A stretch of DNA of 61,782 bases, filler included, from Platydemus manokwari (taxonomy: Eukaryota): NCBI GenBank assembly GCA_037951405.1. It is 5 parts of 5 records of this genome, joined end to end, with 100 filler letters (N's around TTAATTAATTAA, not from the genome) between each part and the next. Parts side by side here need not be neighbours in the genome. Positions count along the whole stretch, not along the records: positions 31,576 to 45,786 come from JBBMOY011479196.1; positions 45,887 to 61,782 come from JBBMOY011229209.1; 3 more parts are not named here. The stretch is one strand, 5' to 3'. The position numbers were made by a program, and so were the translations under genes. Positions 40,401 through 55,100 of the stretch are shown here, one piece after another; position 1 is the stretch's first letter; each line of letters begins with the position of its first letter. The notes under the pieces were generated by a model. It searched no databases and was not told the DNA's origin. It worked only from the letters and a program-made list of their open reading frames with translations.

Positions 40401-42019
40401 TTTATTGTATTTATACTTTTATCAAGTCTACTATTTATTAAAGAATAAATGAAATAATATATTAATTAATGTGTTATTTAAAAGAATCAGGTTATAATTT
40501 TTATTTTTATGAATTCTCTCCCATAAACTAAAAACGAATATGTTTAATCGACGAAGATTGAAAGACAACAATACCGATGAAATCAACTTCGACAATACAT
40601 TCTAGTCATTAGCACAACAATATTTTATAAATTTTATTTGATCCTCGTCTTACTGAAATGCAAAAGAAAGATCGTTTGAAAAACTTTCAATTTATCAACA
40701 TCGTCCGTGTAGTACTTCACAATTCCTTTATAACCATCAATTATTAATGTTTCTAAGTATTAAAAATGTTTATTATTTCTAACAATTCTAGTAAATTTAA
40801 TTACAGAGTAATAACTAAAAAAAATTAAATTTAAAGTTAGAAACAAAAAAATCATTTTATAAATCCTAAAACCATGCCTTGATTCAATAAATAAAATTTG
40901 AAAATACGTCATAATAATTTATGTATGTAAATCAGAATTCTAATATAATCAATAATAGTATTAATTCAATAAAACCAAATTTCCTAGTTGATAGATTAAT
41001 ACCGTATCATCAATCTCAAAAATTTAGTCTGATAACATTTTTATCCATAACAAACCGGATCAACACGGGAATAATTCAAAATTAAAAAAACCGTTGCTAG
41101 TACAAAGCAGTCTTTGTGGAATTGACAAATAAAGAACACACGCGAAAATCAACTTGTTTATCTTTTATGACATTGTATAAATTCGGCGCTGTATTCAAAC
41201 AAATGTTTGTGCGTGCCATTTTGGTCAGAGAATTCATGACCAACGTGGTGACTCATTTCCTATGTTTATCACTAGGGATATCTACTTTCAAAATCGATAG
41301 CGAAACTTATAATGAATATTAGTTTTTTTTACTTTATTTCGCAATCCATGAATTGAATGTTTGTATTGCATGCTCCGCGAATTGAGTAAATAATTGATTA
41401 TTTCTGATATTGTCGCTTATTGGTTATATGTACAGATTGTTACTCAATACACAAATCATTGTAATTGATGCCTAACAACATCGATGTCGTGTTAGTTACT
41501 AATTTATCAAATTGCCATTTTTAGCAATTCTGTTCATAATTTGTATCTGAATAATTAAGCATATACCAAATAGATCATTTTAATTAATAAATATTTTTGT
41601 AAAAGTAATAATTTTTGAGATTTTTCTTTTAAATTAGTTAAATTATATTGTGAGTTATGTTAATGTTTGATATTTTTATAATTTATTTATCTGAAGTTAT
41701 TTAACATTCTCAAGGTAATTTATAATTAAAGTTGTTATGAAAATTGGATTGTATGATAGTTTTGAACATTAAATACTTGATTACAAGTTTCCGATAAGAT
41801 TAATCAGTTTCAAGTATTGAGATGCAATGACAGAAATAATCGAGCGATAAAAGAATCAAGATAATGAAAATTATAATTCTAAACTATTTCAGAGTTATTT
41901 TACATTATTTTACAAATCGAGTTGTACAGTTACAGTATTCGTGAAATATAATTATCAATTACAAAATATAGTCTAACTTTTGTATAAAAACTCGTTTTTG
42001 CTTACCGTTTGAATTAATT

Positions 42020-44030
42020 TGAACATTCCAAAGCAAAATTATAAAGATTATGTGGTGTCAAGTCTGGTAAATTTATCTGTTGGAAAATACGAGGTTGTCA
42101 TATCACATATTGATGAGTGAACTGTAAATTTATTGTTGATTTTGGATATTAGCCAGGCATTGACGAGGTGATTTTTTCTATTGACCTTAGTGGTGCTAAT
42201 GTAAATATAAATGCTAATAATAATGATATTAATATTGTTGAAACAATTACATTTGCCGTTCTTATAACCGTTTTATCAATAAATTTCGGTTTTAATTTGC
42301 CGTTTATTATTTCTCTAACATTGTAAAATTTGTTTTGCAAAGAACTTTCTGTAATCAATTCTGAATTAAAAAATCGAATGATTTTGTTGATAATATTGAT
42401 ATAAACAATGGAAACAATGATCGGAGCAAAGCACAGGTTTGAACTGTCACACAAATACTCGATGATGAATTTGTTTTAACACAATGGTGATTCCCCGGAA
42501 AACTGGCAACTCCATTAATTTATATTCCTGGTGTTAACCTCGGTCTCCTTTTCGAAGGCTTAGTTCTCTGTTACATTGTCCCAGATGGGAATTCTTTAAA
42601 TTTGTCTGTCATCACTGCTGACGGTACAGTATCCAAAATACAATATTACAATTATCGATAAATTACATGGTCTTTGTAACCCTCAAAAACAGCAATATTT
42701 CGAAATTTTTGGACAGATTTGAGGCACATAAGAAAATTTACGAAGAAGTTATTTTTGAAACAACAAAGAGTTCAGGATATCCATTGGAATGTGAGAAGTA
42801 CTGCTCTAGATTCATAATAATTTCATAGACCAACTGTGAATTGTTAGAAAATTTTAGAAATGCTTCCCTTTCCAACTTCCAAAGCATTGGTCTCTTTAAC
42901 GGTCGGATGATGTCTATATTGTCTGCCACAAACTTTGGCAAATTAGACTTTTGATGAGGGAATGCTGCAGGCTCATCCGAAGCCAGTTTCAAATCCACAG
43001 TGTCCGTATGGAGGCGATATTGATAATTATTTCAACATTCACCAAACTATGTTGTTGTTATAATGTCGAAATTCTTTCAAAAGAAGCCACTCTTGTTGAT
43101 GTGGTTATTAACTTGTCAAATTTGTCGTCTTGTACTATTGTATTGGTTCCAAACAGAATTGACCCTTGAGGTCATGAATAAAGTAGATCGATATGTTATA
43201 GACCCTCTTTTAAATGATGTTTAAGTTTCAATTATCTTTCATATAATTCGGAAAAAGAATACTAATAATGTAATTCCTTTCTTATTTAATGTGTATCGGA
43301 ATTTAATAGACCGTGACCCACTGGTCGTTGGTTACACGAAGAATCTTTCAAAAATCTTTATTGAACTGGTGTTGTTCCATGGTATCTGTTGATGACGATC
43401 TGCATTCTGTAAAATCTTTCTTCACCTGATTAGGACATAAGCAAACCATCATCAGTAATCTCAATACCAGCATTACTACTCTCCACTGGAATCGGAAATG
43501 ATTGTCCAAGGTGGTTTCTAACACTAAGAGAATAAAGCAGAGGGCATTTGGTAAAAGTCGGCTTTTCGTGTTCGGTTTTATCCTTAACATCAGTCATAGT
43601 TCAAACCTGTTACTAATCAACACTAATGCAATCTGTAACAGTTCCGTGGACTATCTTAGTAACAGAATCTAAGATTGGAAGTGAAGTGTAACTTCCTAAT
43701 ATACCAAACACAGCTCCCAAAGAGACAATCAATATTAAACAATATCTTGCTTCAGATTTTGTCGAAGTGTATACTGGTGATTCACTGGATATGATTATGA
43801 ACTTCTGTTCTGCAAACGAATTCAGCAATCCCTTCCTTGGTAAGACCTAAAATATGGAAAAAGCGGTCTTCGATTTCTCTTCATCACCATTATCAGCAGT
43901 GATGGAATACGAATTAGCAGCTGGGAGATCCAAAACCTTCTGCTATCAAAGGAAGAGTGATTACGAACAATATTTTCAGATGACACGAGACTAGAAACCA
44001 ATTTTCTCAAGGCTGCTGAAATAATAAAGG
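42020..44030. other. Intron-free decayed coding-like block of unknown origin
   Basis: Visibly richer in G+C than its flanks. Six ORF-track fragments cluster here, with long near-open frames broken by scattered stops. No family recognised and the coding strand is ambiguous. Confidence 0.45.
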
Positions 44031-45786
44031 ACTTAAATTAAATTTCGATAAAAATATCAATATAAATTCTGGAAAGAAAGTTCTACCACTTTAAGAATTC
44101 TTCGGGAAATTCAATCAACCTCATTAATACTTGAGTTCAAGAATGATTCAGTTAAATTTGATCGACATAATAACTTAGAAGAATCAATAGTTAAAGAAAA
44201 GATGTTGAATTTCTGTTGTTGTTAGAGAATAATTTTTTGTGTGATTTACTGTTTATTGAGTTTGCTTGTTTAGTTTAGTTTTCGAGACCCATGCAGGTGT
44301 TTCATTGATTTTTGTTATTGGAATCATTTGTACTATTTGTTAAACTATTTATTTTTAAAAACGTCTTATTTGTTTTTGTTTTATTTTGGTATGGTTTGAT
44401 TTTACTTCGTTGGAAGTCATGTTTTCTAGATTTAAACAGATGATATTTAATAATGACCTAATTTGTGGATAAATCATTTTTTAAAAATATTTACAATTTG
44501 TTAATATTGATTTTATATACCAAATTTCTTATAGAAAGTCCCGTAAATGAAGAAAAATGGTTCTTCAAGGAAGTCTGAAATATTTTCGGATAATTTGGAG
44601 AAATCGCATTTTTCTATTCACATATAATCTTTGTAAAAGTTCTTTTACAACAAGAAATATCGATTTATAATTAATAATATTATAAAACATAATATTCATT
44701 AAAAACTTTTATGGTGGGAACACATGAATTTTCCTTCTTAAATATCTACTGTACAAGGGTATTGATTAAGCATCAATTGTAATTGATAAAATGTCTCTCC
44801 GAAGATTAATGTCTACAAGCTTTTGTTTAAATATCTTGATCATTATCTAAATGTTTTCTTATTGGACCTTTACCAATTCTAATAGGTATTCCCCGAATAT
44901 GCCGTAGTAAACCGGAACCTCTGATCTTCCATGTCACATTTCGATGATTATTGGATTCAATTCTACAGCCGCTACATTAGATTTTATTTCCATTTAGTCA
45001 TGAACAACTGTCGATATTGTATTTGAGTTCAAAATCGATATATCTCACAAAATTAACACTGAGTTATTCTTTCAAACAAAACTTGATATTTAGAAAAATT
45101 TGATTGGGGAAATTTTCCTGAGATGTTTATTTAATTTCTTTTGAAAAGCCAAAATCTCAGAAATCATATGGTGTACTCATTTCGTAAGAATAATCAACTT
45201 TAAAAATGAACCAAAAAGAACATCAAAATTGAAAGTAAAATAATTTGTTGAAGAGTGGATTGAACTGTCAATAATGAATGCCGGTTACAGTTGTTCCACA
45301 TCGTAGAGGTGATAAAAACAAACTAAATTTGCAACTCAATTTTGATCGTATCAAATAATGAGGACAAGGAAATTTCGTCACAATATGTTGACTAATTAAT
45401 TTGGCATATAACTGTATCCAAGCGTATCCAAGTAACACTTAATTGGTTTTTATTAAGCATGAATTACTCATCAAAGATGTTATTAGATTCTGAATTAATT
45501 ATGACGCATTATTTGGATAACACATATTTCATGTAATCATCTCAATTATTTCATGCTTAAATTTCGTAATTTAAATTTTATTGAGACAACTGGCAAAAAT
45601 ATTCAAGCGTTTATTGACACCGGGTTCGTATAAATTTTAAAGAGTTCATCAAACTAACACAAAGACTGATAAATTGCAATTAGGGAAATATATCTTTAAA
45701 GATCATTTGATCCCGATCAAATAGCGATATTATTTGGTGTCATTAATGATACATTTTAATAACCGATAAAACTGACAATTTACTTT

Positions 45787-45886
45787 NNNNNNNNNNNNNN
45801 NNNNNNNNNNNNNNNNNNNNNNNNNNNNNNTTAATTAATTAANNNNNNNNNNNNNNNNNNNNNNNNNNNNNNNNNNNNNNNNNNNN
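45787..45886. other. Artificial contig linker
   Basis: N44-TTAATTAATTAA-N44. Confidence 0.97.
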
Positions 45887-46014
45887 ATCCTAAAATGAAA
45901 TTTTAAATTTGTTGAGTGCATTACAAAAATCTATATAGTTTATTTAATTATATTCTTTAAAAACATTTTGAATTTTTTATTCAAGTACTTGAGAAAAATT
46001 TTAGTTGTTTGAAT

Positions 46015-46390
46015 TCAAATATTAAATACACTAGAGCTTAAAAATCTCCCAAAATTTGAATATTTGAAAAAAATGAAAAAAATAGGTCTAATTTCAATTT
46101 ATTCAAATCAGCGAGGACTCCTTTTTTAACATTAGAAGCAAATTGAGAGATATTCTCAATTTTTATTATTATTAAACATAACTGTAATTAGAATTGGAAC
46201 TTGGTTATAAAACTATATTTTGTCACTATTAGATATCCTAAAAATGAGATATTAACTGAACTATAAGAAAAAATCAAACATAGCAGTTATATGTAAAATG
46301 AAGTTATAAAATTATCGCATGCGCGAAAATTCATTATAACGAAAGCAGGTCAAAGGACCCTTTTTCTTAACTTTAGCCGAAATTTCTTAA
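46015..46390 (+). repeat. Dispersed repeat family X
   Basis: Collinear with the reverse complement of 58320-58735, sharing ATATTAAATA.ACTAGAGCTTAAAA, AACATTAGAAGCAAATTGAGAGA and GGTCAAA.GACCCTTTTTCTTAACT. Confidence 0.8.
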
Positions 46391-49300
46391 GAAAAATTTA
46401 AAACATGCGCTAATTTTGGTTTTATTAAATAAAAAGTATAATTATTAAGTGAACAAAATTTATTTTAATAAACATAAAATTTTTATGAAAATCCTTTTAT
46501 GATTAATAATTTTTTCTTGTTGGTGGAAAGCCAGGGTAGGGGTACTTCTAGCTACAACGCGACCGATGTGACAAACGGATAATCTCAAATCAATCGCTTG
46601 ACGATCTTCTTAAAGGTTAGATAAGGTTAACAGATCAAGTCAAAAATGTCTATCATCTTGGCGATGATGCATTCAAACAGGAAGTTGAACCAGAATACAA
46701 TATGAAGAAACCTCAATGACAATAATGGTAAAATGAATTACTGATCTCGACGTTTGAGATCTCAGAGATCAAGCCGGTGTATGAATGATAATAACTCGTA
46801 TATCAATTCGATATATTTTTTTGTAACCTTGATATTCTTCTAAGCAAAATTCATTTTATACAATTTAAGAGGATTTCTAATGAATTGAAATTTGTAAAAC
46901 TTTAAAATCAGAGAATTATAAAATAATATAATTAAAATCTCATTTGGTGTCGTGACTTTTCAGTTAATTTTCAATGCGTGCTTTATTAAATACTAGTGGT
47001 TGGCACAAATAATGTGCTTGACTTAACTAATCATTCATCAGAAATAAAACAATTCATTGATAATCAAAATAATCCTTTTAATTTAACAGTCAGATAATCA
47101 GCTGATAAAAATTATTCGTCAGTAGCATGAGCCAAAAACTAAAGCAAATATAATGACAATAGACAGCGAAAACAATTTTGAATAGTTTGTGATTTATTAG
47201 AGCGCAAAAAACAAAAATTTTCCGAAGAAAATTTTTTCAATAAAAATCAGCAAGGACTCGGTTAGCGACAAGAATCTCATTTAGTACAAATTATTATTAT
47301 TAAGCTAAGAAAGAAATAATCTTAAATAAAATAATTATTATTTTTATGTGTACAAACTCACTTTAATGTATAGAATTCATTAGAATGAATTATAAAATTA
47401 AATAGTTTCACAAGAATTAAATGTAAGTGCCATGGAAAGAAAATTTTAATTTTCTTGTTTTAATGAGTCTTATTCAAGACAGAAATTAAGAATTAGTTTT
47501 GGATTGGAATATCATCTTTCGGTAAAGTTAATAAATGCGTAATTTGTGGAATTATTGTACTATTAAAAAAATTAAAGCACAACAATAGCTCATCTGTGTT
47601 TAAGCAATAAATATAATTTCATTTTCTATTTATTTGTTTATATGTTTAGTTTGTATATTTCAGATATTCTTTCTGAATACTATTAAAGACATTTAATAGA
47701 GAAACATTCAAGGTTTATAAAACTGAGATGTATAAAGTGTAAGCTTCATTGTTAACGTTTGATTGCAATCTGAAATTCATTTATTTGTTCTACGCTCTTG
47801 AGAAGGAAGGAAAGCAATCAAAAATTGGTCTTTCAATGGATATGGGTGTAATGAATACACATAGAAAGTTGTGACTTTGTTCTGCAATTAAAAATTCGGT
47901 AAAGAAATACATTTATAAAATTTAATATAAATAATAACCATATTTAAATTCTATTTTTCGCTTATAAATATTTATTTATTTATTTTTTAATTAAATATTT
48001 TTAAACATTTGTATTTAATTTTAATCTTATTTATATTTGATTTCCTTTTGTGAAATAATCTTTTGATTTTTTATCACGATTTTTAATTGGAAGATAAAAA
48101 AAATTGATAAATACTTAAAATAAATATATTATTTTAAACATGTTTGCTTTGAGATAAACATATTTTCATTAATTATCCTAGATAAATCTGTTTTATTTTT
48201 TATAAAAAATACAAATTGAAACGAATCCTGTAATTCAAAGTTCAGGTTAAGATCAAAATAGGAACAACTTATTTGTAACGTAAAATTTATAAAGCGTGAC
48301 TGTGATAATCATTATTTTAATTCAATTCATTCAAAGTGTTTAAAGATTATTTCATCCAATCTACTTAATCAATAGTGAAGGGTAAGAATGATTTTCTAAC
48401 TTAACCTCTCGCAATTCCCATAGGTTATCCATCGATAGACCTGTTTCTTAATTATAAATACTTTATCGTATCTCGAATCAACCATTCCAAATCGTAATTA
48501 ACTCAGATGGAGATTCGACCCCCTAAATACTTCACTCAACACCATTATATTAAATAATTTCACCTGAGTACCTGTTGTTCCTGCACTTTGGCTTGACATC
48601 AAGTATCTCTCACAAACACTGTATCTCTAAATTTTTCACATCTAATAACTTTACAGTAATTCCTTTAAATGGAATTTAATTTTAGAAAATTGATTAATGT
48701 TCTTGAAAATTTTTCAATTAATTAACTCTAATTAATAACAGAACTGATTAATTAATAACAAAATTATATTATCCATAAAACAAATTTAGAATGGAATTAA
48801 TTGATTAAAACCTAAAAACCAGTTTTGCTATAGACTGTAATCCAGAATGAAAATTTGAAATCGAAATCTATGTGAAAAATATTTGTGATTTCTCACAGAA
48901 CATTCAATCAACTAATTACTTTAATTTTGTTTTTGTAATTTTGATGCTCATGTCCTCGTTCAATAGTTTATGTCAATTACCATCTGCGCAGATTTATTAA
49001 CATTATTTATTAACAATATAATTTTTGGAGATTTATTATAATTATGTTTTGCAGAGAGAACTTCTAATAAATCGAGGAACGTTGACTATGTGTCATTCTT
49101 GAGCTAGTTGGCTCTTATTATCAAACTATAAATTTGCAGAAATGTGTATTAAAAAATTTCGAATTGAATTTCAATGTCAGTAAAATGTCAAACGGAGATG
49201 GTTCTTTTTATTGTAAAAAGTTTCTCAGATTTTATTTCTAAATGTTGATGGGATTTGAAAATTTCCATGTTATCTTCTTCTTTATCACTCGTAGATCTTT

Positions 49301-51887
49301 AAGCGAGTATTTGCTTCGAGATTACCAAAAATTGTTATGATTAATAATTTTTTTCGCGATATTTGTAAATTAATCTCCGGGACCAAATTTGAGAAAAGAT
49401 GTCCTAAAATATAATTTTTTTATTTGGTGATTGTATTGTAAAAGACTATATTTTCCTTAAAAGATATTTAAAATTTTAGTTTTAGTGTCTACCATTAATT
49501 GTAGTCTTTTGAAATCAAGAATAAATAAAACGTAAACAAAACAAATCATTTTACAAATGATTACTTGATAAGTATGCCAAATTGCGATTTATTTTAAACA
49601 AGTGAGAGCCATTTTTTAACATCAGAACAAAAAAGAAAGAAAACCAGGACTTGAATTTTTAACAAGAAAAATGATTCCAAATAATTAAACAACGTCAGAA
49701 GTTAGGTAGTTGTATTTTAGCATGTTTTAACACAGGTCGAAAATCCATAGGCGTTGCCATGGAATGAAGGCATGTTTTAAATTCTAAAAATCATTTAGAT
49801 ACCGATGCAATAAATGAACAAAAAGTGTGTTACCAAATGACATCAGTGAGTATACCAACTTTCGCAAAATGGTAAGTATTTAAAAAATCATACTTTTTTT
49901 TAAGTTAAAAATATATCATCACACACACACACACATATATATATATATGAAGGAAATGAGAGGGGTTTAAAAATTATCGGAAGTCTAGATATTGTAATCG
50001 AAATTGTAGATGTTGTCTTTGAGGAGCAAATACAGTCACTATTTGGGTTACTGGAGATCTGTTGTTGCTTCTTATTACCAGTTCGCAATCAATGTGCGGT
50101 AACCCTAAGACTAATAATAACAATATAACCACAAAATTAATATTTAAAATATTTCTTAATATTTAATTATAGACAGGTAAGACCGAGATCCATTGTATAA
50201 ACTGATTGTTGAAAATCTTAGCATAAAAGTTATTAACATAGCACAGTGTATCATACAAATTGTTTTGTTAACCATGATAATCTAGACATTTGCACACAAA
50301 ACATAGAAGCCAAGTATTAAAGTATAGTTGTCTAAGAAGAGGTTCAAAAATGAAATTTGTGATCTCATTTATATATGTTAAATACGAGAAGCAGTAATAT
50401 CAATGCTGCGACGCATCCAATACTGTACCCGTAATTCACATTAAATTGTGATCGTTGTGTAGGTGTCTGAATTTTTGTATTTTAAATTTAAATAATAAAT
50501 AATAATGAATATTTATTTAATTAATATAAGATATACATTTGGAGTATAAAATTTTCAATGTAAAATTTTAATTGATTTTATAATGGGTAAATTATATAAT
50601 AATATTTTATAAATTATTTTATAAACGAAAAATGATTTTTAAAAGTTTGTTTAAAAAAAATTAAATCAAAATATGTCATCCATAAAAATACCAATCTCAT
50701 TTTTGACATTGATTTTTGATATTTTGCGGATTCTGACTGAAATTCAGATTAATTTTCTTTGGATAGATAAAACTTCGTTATATAACCATGAAAATTGTGG
50801 ATCGTTTTATACAAAACAAGATACATTATATATTTTAATACACTCATACTCATGATATTATAATCGACAACCATTATATACAAGTTAATAATTCTGTAAA
50901 ATTTTAAGCCACACCACAATTTGTACTGCACCGACATCATGACGTAATGGCATTAGGTAAATTTAATAAGACAATTTATAAGAAAAGCAATTTCTTTGAT
51001 TAGGACAGAACTATATGTTCATTATTATCTTACCTATTTTGTCTACGTCTGTAAAGATTTTTAAGCCTTTAATGAAATTGATATACTAATTTGAAATTCA
51101 TCATTCTTTTCTAACAATAGACTCGTGGGTTTATAGTTGGATTTGTTTTCTAGTTTTTCCCAATTATTATAATTTTAAATTCAATAAAATTAAAACATTT
51201 TAATTTCGGAATATTTTTTAGTTTTTTTTTTAAATTTTCCACAGCAAATATATTTTTGAAAAAAATTGAAGTACGCTTCTTGGTTTCTGTCCAATCCACA
51301 GAATGAATCAAAATTTGTACGAAACTTTTATTTCATAATAATTTCAATGATATTTCTTAGTAAATTCAAGAAGTTTCAAATAATTTTAAACGATAAAAAG
51401 TTCGTAGATAAGTTTAATCAAATCATTAATGAAAACAACGTAAATCTCATTGAATACCACTCAATTACAATTGAAGTGGAACTATTAAAATTTTTTCTCA
51501 TATTTCTAGAACTAATTTATTAAATAAAATTTACTGGTTATCAAATTTCTAAGTGAAATTAATAACTTTTTTCAATTATTTTTATTCAATTTTATATAGG
51601 AAAACATGGAATTAATTATTTTTATAATATTATTTTTAACAGGGTATTTTTACTCCATAAAAATAATATTCTATTGTTTAAAAATAGATAGAAAACATTA
51701 TTAGTAATTTAACTCATAAAAAAGTTACCCCAAAAAAGAGCAAGATATTTATTTTATTTTTACTAATGTTTAAAAAGAATTTTGGAAATTCCTTTTAATT
51801 AATAAATTTATGCATTCATCAAATTCGCTGAAGTTTGATTTTGGTTTTATGGAATAACATGAATTATCAAAATCGCAAAAAAATGAC

Positions 51888-52111
51888 GGATCTTATCGGT
51901 TATATGGGCGCAAAATTAATTATATATTTTCAATAAGTATTTTCAATTGTTTGTGTATGAGCTTGCATTTAACAGCGGTTTCTTCATCCTTAATTTCGCG
52001 AACTAATTTAATAAAATTCATTACCAAATTAAATAATTGATATTAAGTTATTGATATATTATATAATTAATAGTCATACTTAAATTTGCGCCCATATAAC
52101 CGATAAGATCC
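51888..52111. mobile_element. MITE with GG...CC termini and 8-bp TSD (Merlin-like), 224 bp
   Basis: Perfect 27-bp TIR GGATCTTATCGGTTATATGGGCGCAAA (35 bp with 2 mismatches). Perfect TSD AAAATGAC at 51880-51887 and 52112-52119. Confidence 0.88.
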
Positions 52112-55100
52112 AAAATGACTTCAACTGCTTACATGATGTTTAATATTAAAATAAAATCGAAACCATCAAGTAAATAAATAAATTGTGATAATAAAAGAAT
52201 TTTAAATATGTTCAAAAGATTGACGAAATTATTAAGAATTTCGATATATTAAAACATATACTCCATTTTCATGAAAATATTAATTCCAAAAATTTAAACT
52301 TGAATCTCACTAAACAAATATCACTATCGAAATATGTTTGAAAAGATTGTTCATCAATCGCAAAAATATTCAGAGAAATTTCATAAATGTTTTCGAAAAG
52401 TAATCGGTAAAATTCAAAGCGAACATAAAACATTTACTTAATGGTTGAAAATAATTGATCCAATACCAAGTGTTTCTAACAGATAAATTATTTGTCGAAT
52501 CTCATGTAAAGCAAACAAACGATTTAATCTTATTTTATGAACCCATTTATCATAATAGATTATAATATAAATCATTATCATGTGAATTGTCATCATTCCG
52601 AACACAATACGAAAACGAATATTAATCTACATAACATTTTGGCGTCTTCAATTAGAAAATTTATATATTGATAATATATAAAATCAATTTTTTTCAATTT
52701 ATTATCGTCGTACAACTGTATCAGCATGGCTTTGTGAAAATGGGGCATTTTGAATCATGAAAAATGAATTAAATCAGTATAAATGATTAATGGAAATTAT
52801 ATATTTTGACTGGATAATATTTGATTCCGTAACATAATATTATGAATTTTAATTTATCAAATCCAGATATATAATATCGTCGGAATTTATGAGTTTCTTA
52901 TTTTCAATTATTTAGAATTCAACATCTTATAAGAATATTAAAAACCACGATAAATTGAGATGAAGACTTTTATTCCTTAATAGAGTTGAAGGTTTCTATG
53001 AAATATTTTGTCTTGTCTGACATATTTTAGAGAAATTGCGATATGATAATAAATGTATCGGTATCAATATAAAGTGTATAAATAATAAATCTCTAGTCTT
53101 AAAACCAATTTATAATTACTACACGTTCTCGATACCAAGCAGTAAGAGATAAAGAAAAAGAATATATATAATTGTCAATGCTTCAATCAACAGCCATCTT
53201 TATGAAGATTTGAAAATGAAGTATATTTGAAATATTTTAAAATCAGATTTATGTAAAATATTAATTGGTATAAAAAATTGTTGTTTAAATATAATTTGAT
53301 GTCGTGACTTGTCTGTTAGTTTTCAAAGCGTATTTTATGAAAAAAGTAGTTCGCTTTACATGATGACCGCGTATTTATAATCGATTTTGAGAAGATCTAT
53401 GAAATGAAAGTATACGAGAAAAAGATGAAGATACAGATAAGATATAGAAACGTTGTAAAGAAAATATAGAGAAGACAAAGTGAAAATACAAAGAAAATGT
53501 GAAGAAAGTATGAGATAAACATAAAGAAAATATAAAATGGAGAGAAGAAATAGAAATTTTCATAAAATAGAAATTGGTTTGAAATACGGTTTCTTAAATT
53601 TTGTAAAAATATTCTGATATCCATTTGATTATTTGATTCTTGTCGGTTTTCCACGTAGCAGAGATTGGAAGAGTAAAGTCTTTGCCAAATGCCAATAAAT
53701 TATATCTATTCAAATCCTCAATTCCATATGAAAAATAATTAGATTAAAGTCCTATTTTTCGAAGTAAATGAATTATTTTTAGATTTTCTGATATTTTGCG
53801 AAATTTCTATTAGATATTTAAATAAATATTTCTTTATGATTTTCTGTAGCTATAATATATTAACTTGATGTATTTCCGAGAGAGTGATTTAATCTTGGCC
53901 GGTTTTATCCTTATAATCTCTGAAAGAAACTAAATAAAGAGTTTATGTACTCAACACAAGCCCTGGAACTCTAGTGCCAATTTAAAAGAATTCACAATAA
54001 AACACTTGATAGTGATCATCTCTAAAGACGGATTACTATATTTATTGAATCCATTATACTACACTTTTAGTGTTTTCGTGCCAATGTTCTGTAGTCGAAA
54101 TTAATGGACTATTTGAATTTTGATAAAACCGTAGAGACTTTATAATCTTGATTGTTCATTTATTTTGATACCTCAATTTTAAAATTAGTTGTAAAAATTT
54201 ATTACATTACAAAGATATTTCTTTTTCTTAACTCGCGGTGAATGGGGAATAATTTTTCGTTGTACAACTCACTTTGTTTAGGTCAAATTTTAATTACAAT
54301 GAAACTCATTGGTTCATTGTGAACACACTTCTAAATCTTCAACCGCAGTTTTTCATCACGTAGTTCATAGAAAATTTGTGCTAAAATCTATAAGAATAGG
54401 AAGTAATAACAAACAGTAACAAAACCCATCTTCTGGTGAATTTTTTCTAATCTAAAAATTAAATGTAAAATTATGATTAATTCTATTGCCAATAGATTAT
54501 TTTTAACACATGGTTTTCTTCATGACGAGGTGAACTTTGAGACCACGACAGATGCACTCCACCATGATCTCACATAAAACATAAAAAGATGTAAAAGACT
54601 ATACTGTCTCTCAAATACGCCCTATAAACAACATAAATAGAAATATCTATTCTGGTATCCTTTTTACATATGTACAAACCGTCATTTTGTGTGTTACTGT
54701 GTGTTAAACATATTGACGGGATTGTCTGTTGATCTTTCAGGCCCGAATATCACAAAACGCCAAGAAAAACAACAGTAATTCTGTCGATATTTCCAATAAA
54801 CAATAGTTATAAAATTTTAATCTATACCTCAACCTATAGTTTGGTTTCTTATTTCGATATTTATGAGGATTTAAAAATAACTGACACTGTTTCTTCAAAA
54901 GTTCAAGAAAAAAAATTCAGATTGGTAAATAAACAAAATCCACCATGCAAAGATTTTTTCCACTAAAACTTAACCAAAATTAATATATTATTTTACAGTG
55001 AAATTCAATAATTAATATTGATCACTAATAGCTGGCTTGCCATTGATACTGGAAATGGGAATCTCATGAAACAAAGTTTTGTCGGTCTTGCTGTCGGCAT

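Noticed and set aside
43780-43945. RT-like wording on minus (VLDL...EEKSKTAFS...VLP..GLLNS)
   Set aside because: It resembles LTR-RT motifs, but the spacing is off and no YxDD follows, so it is not called as reverse transcriptase.
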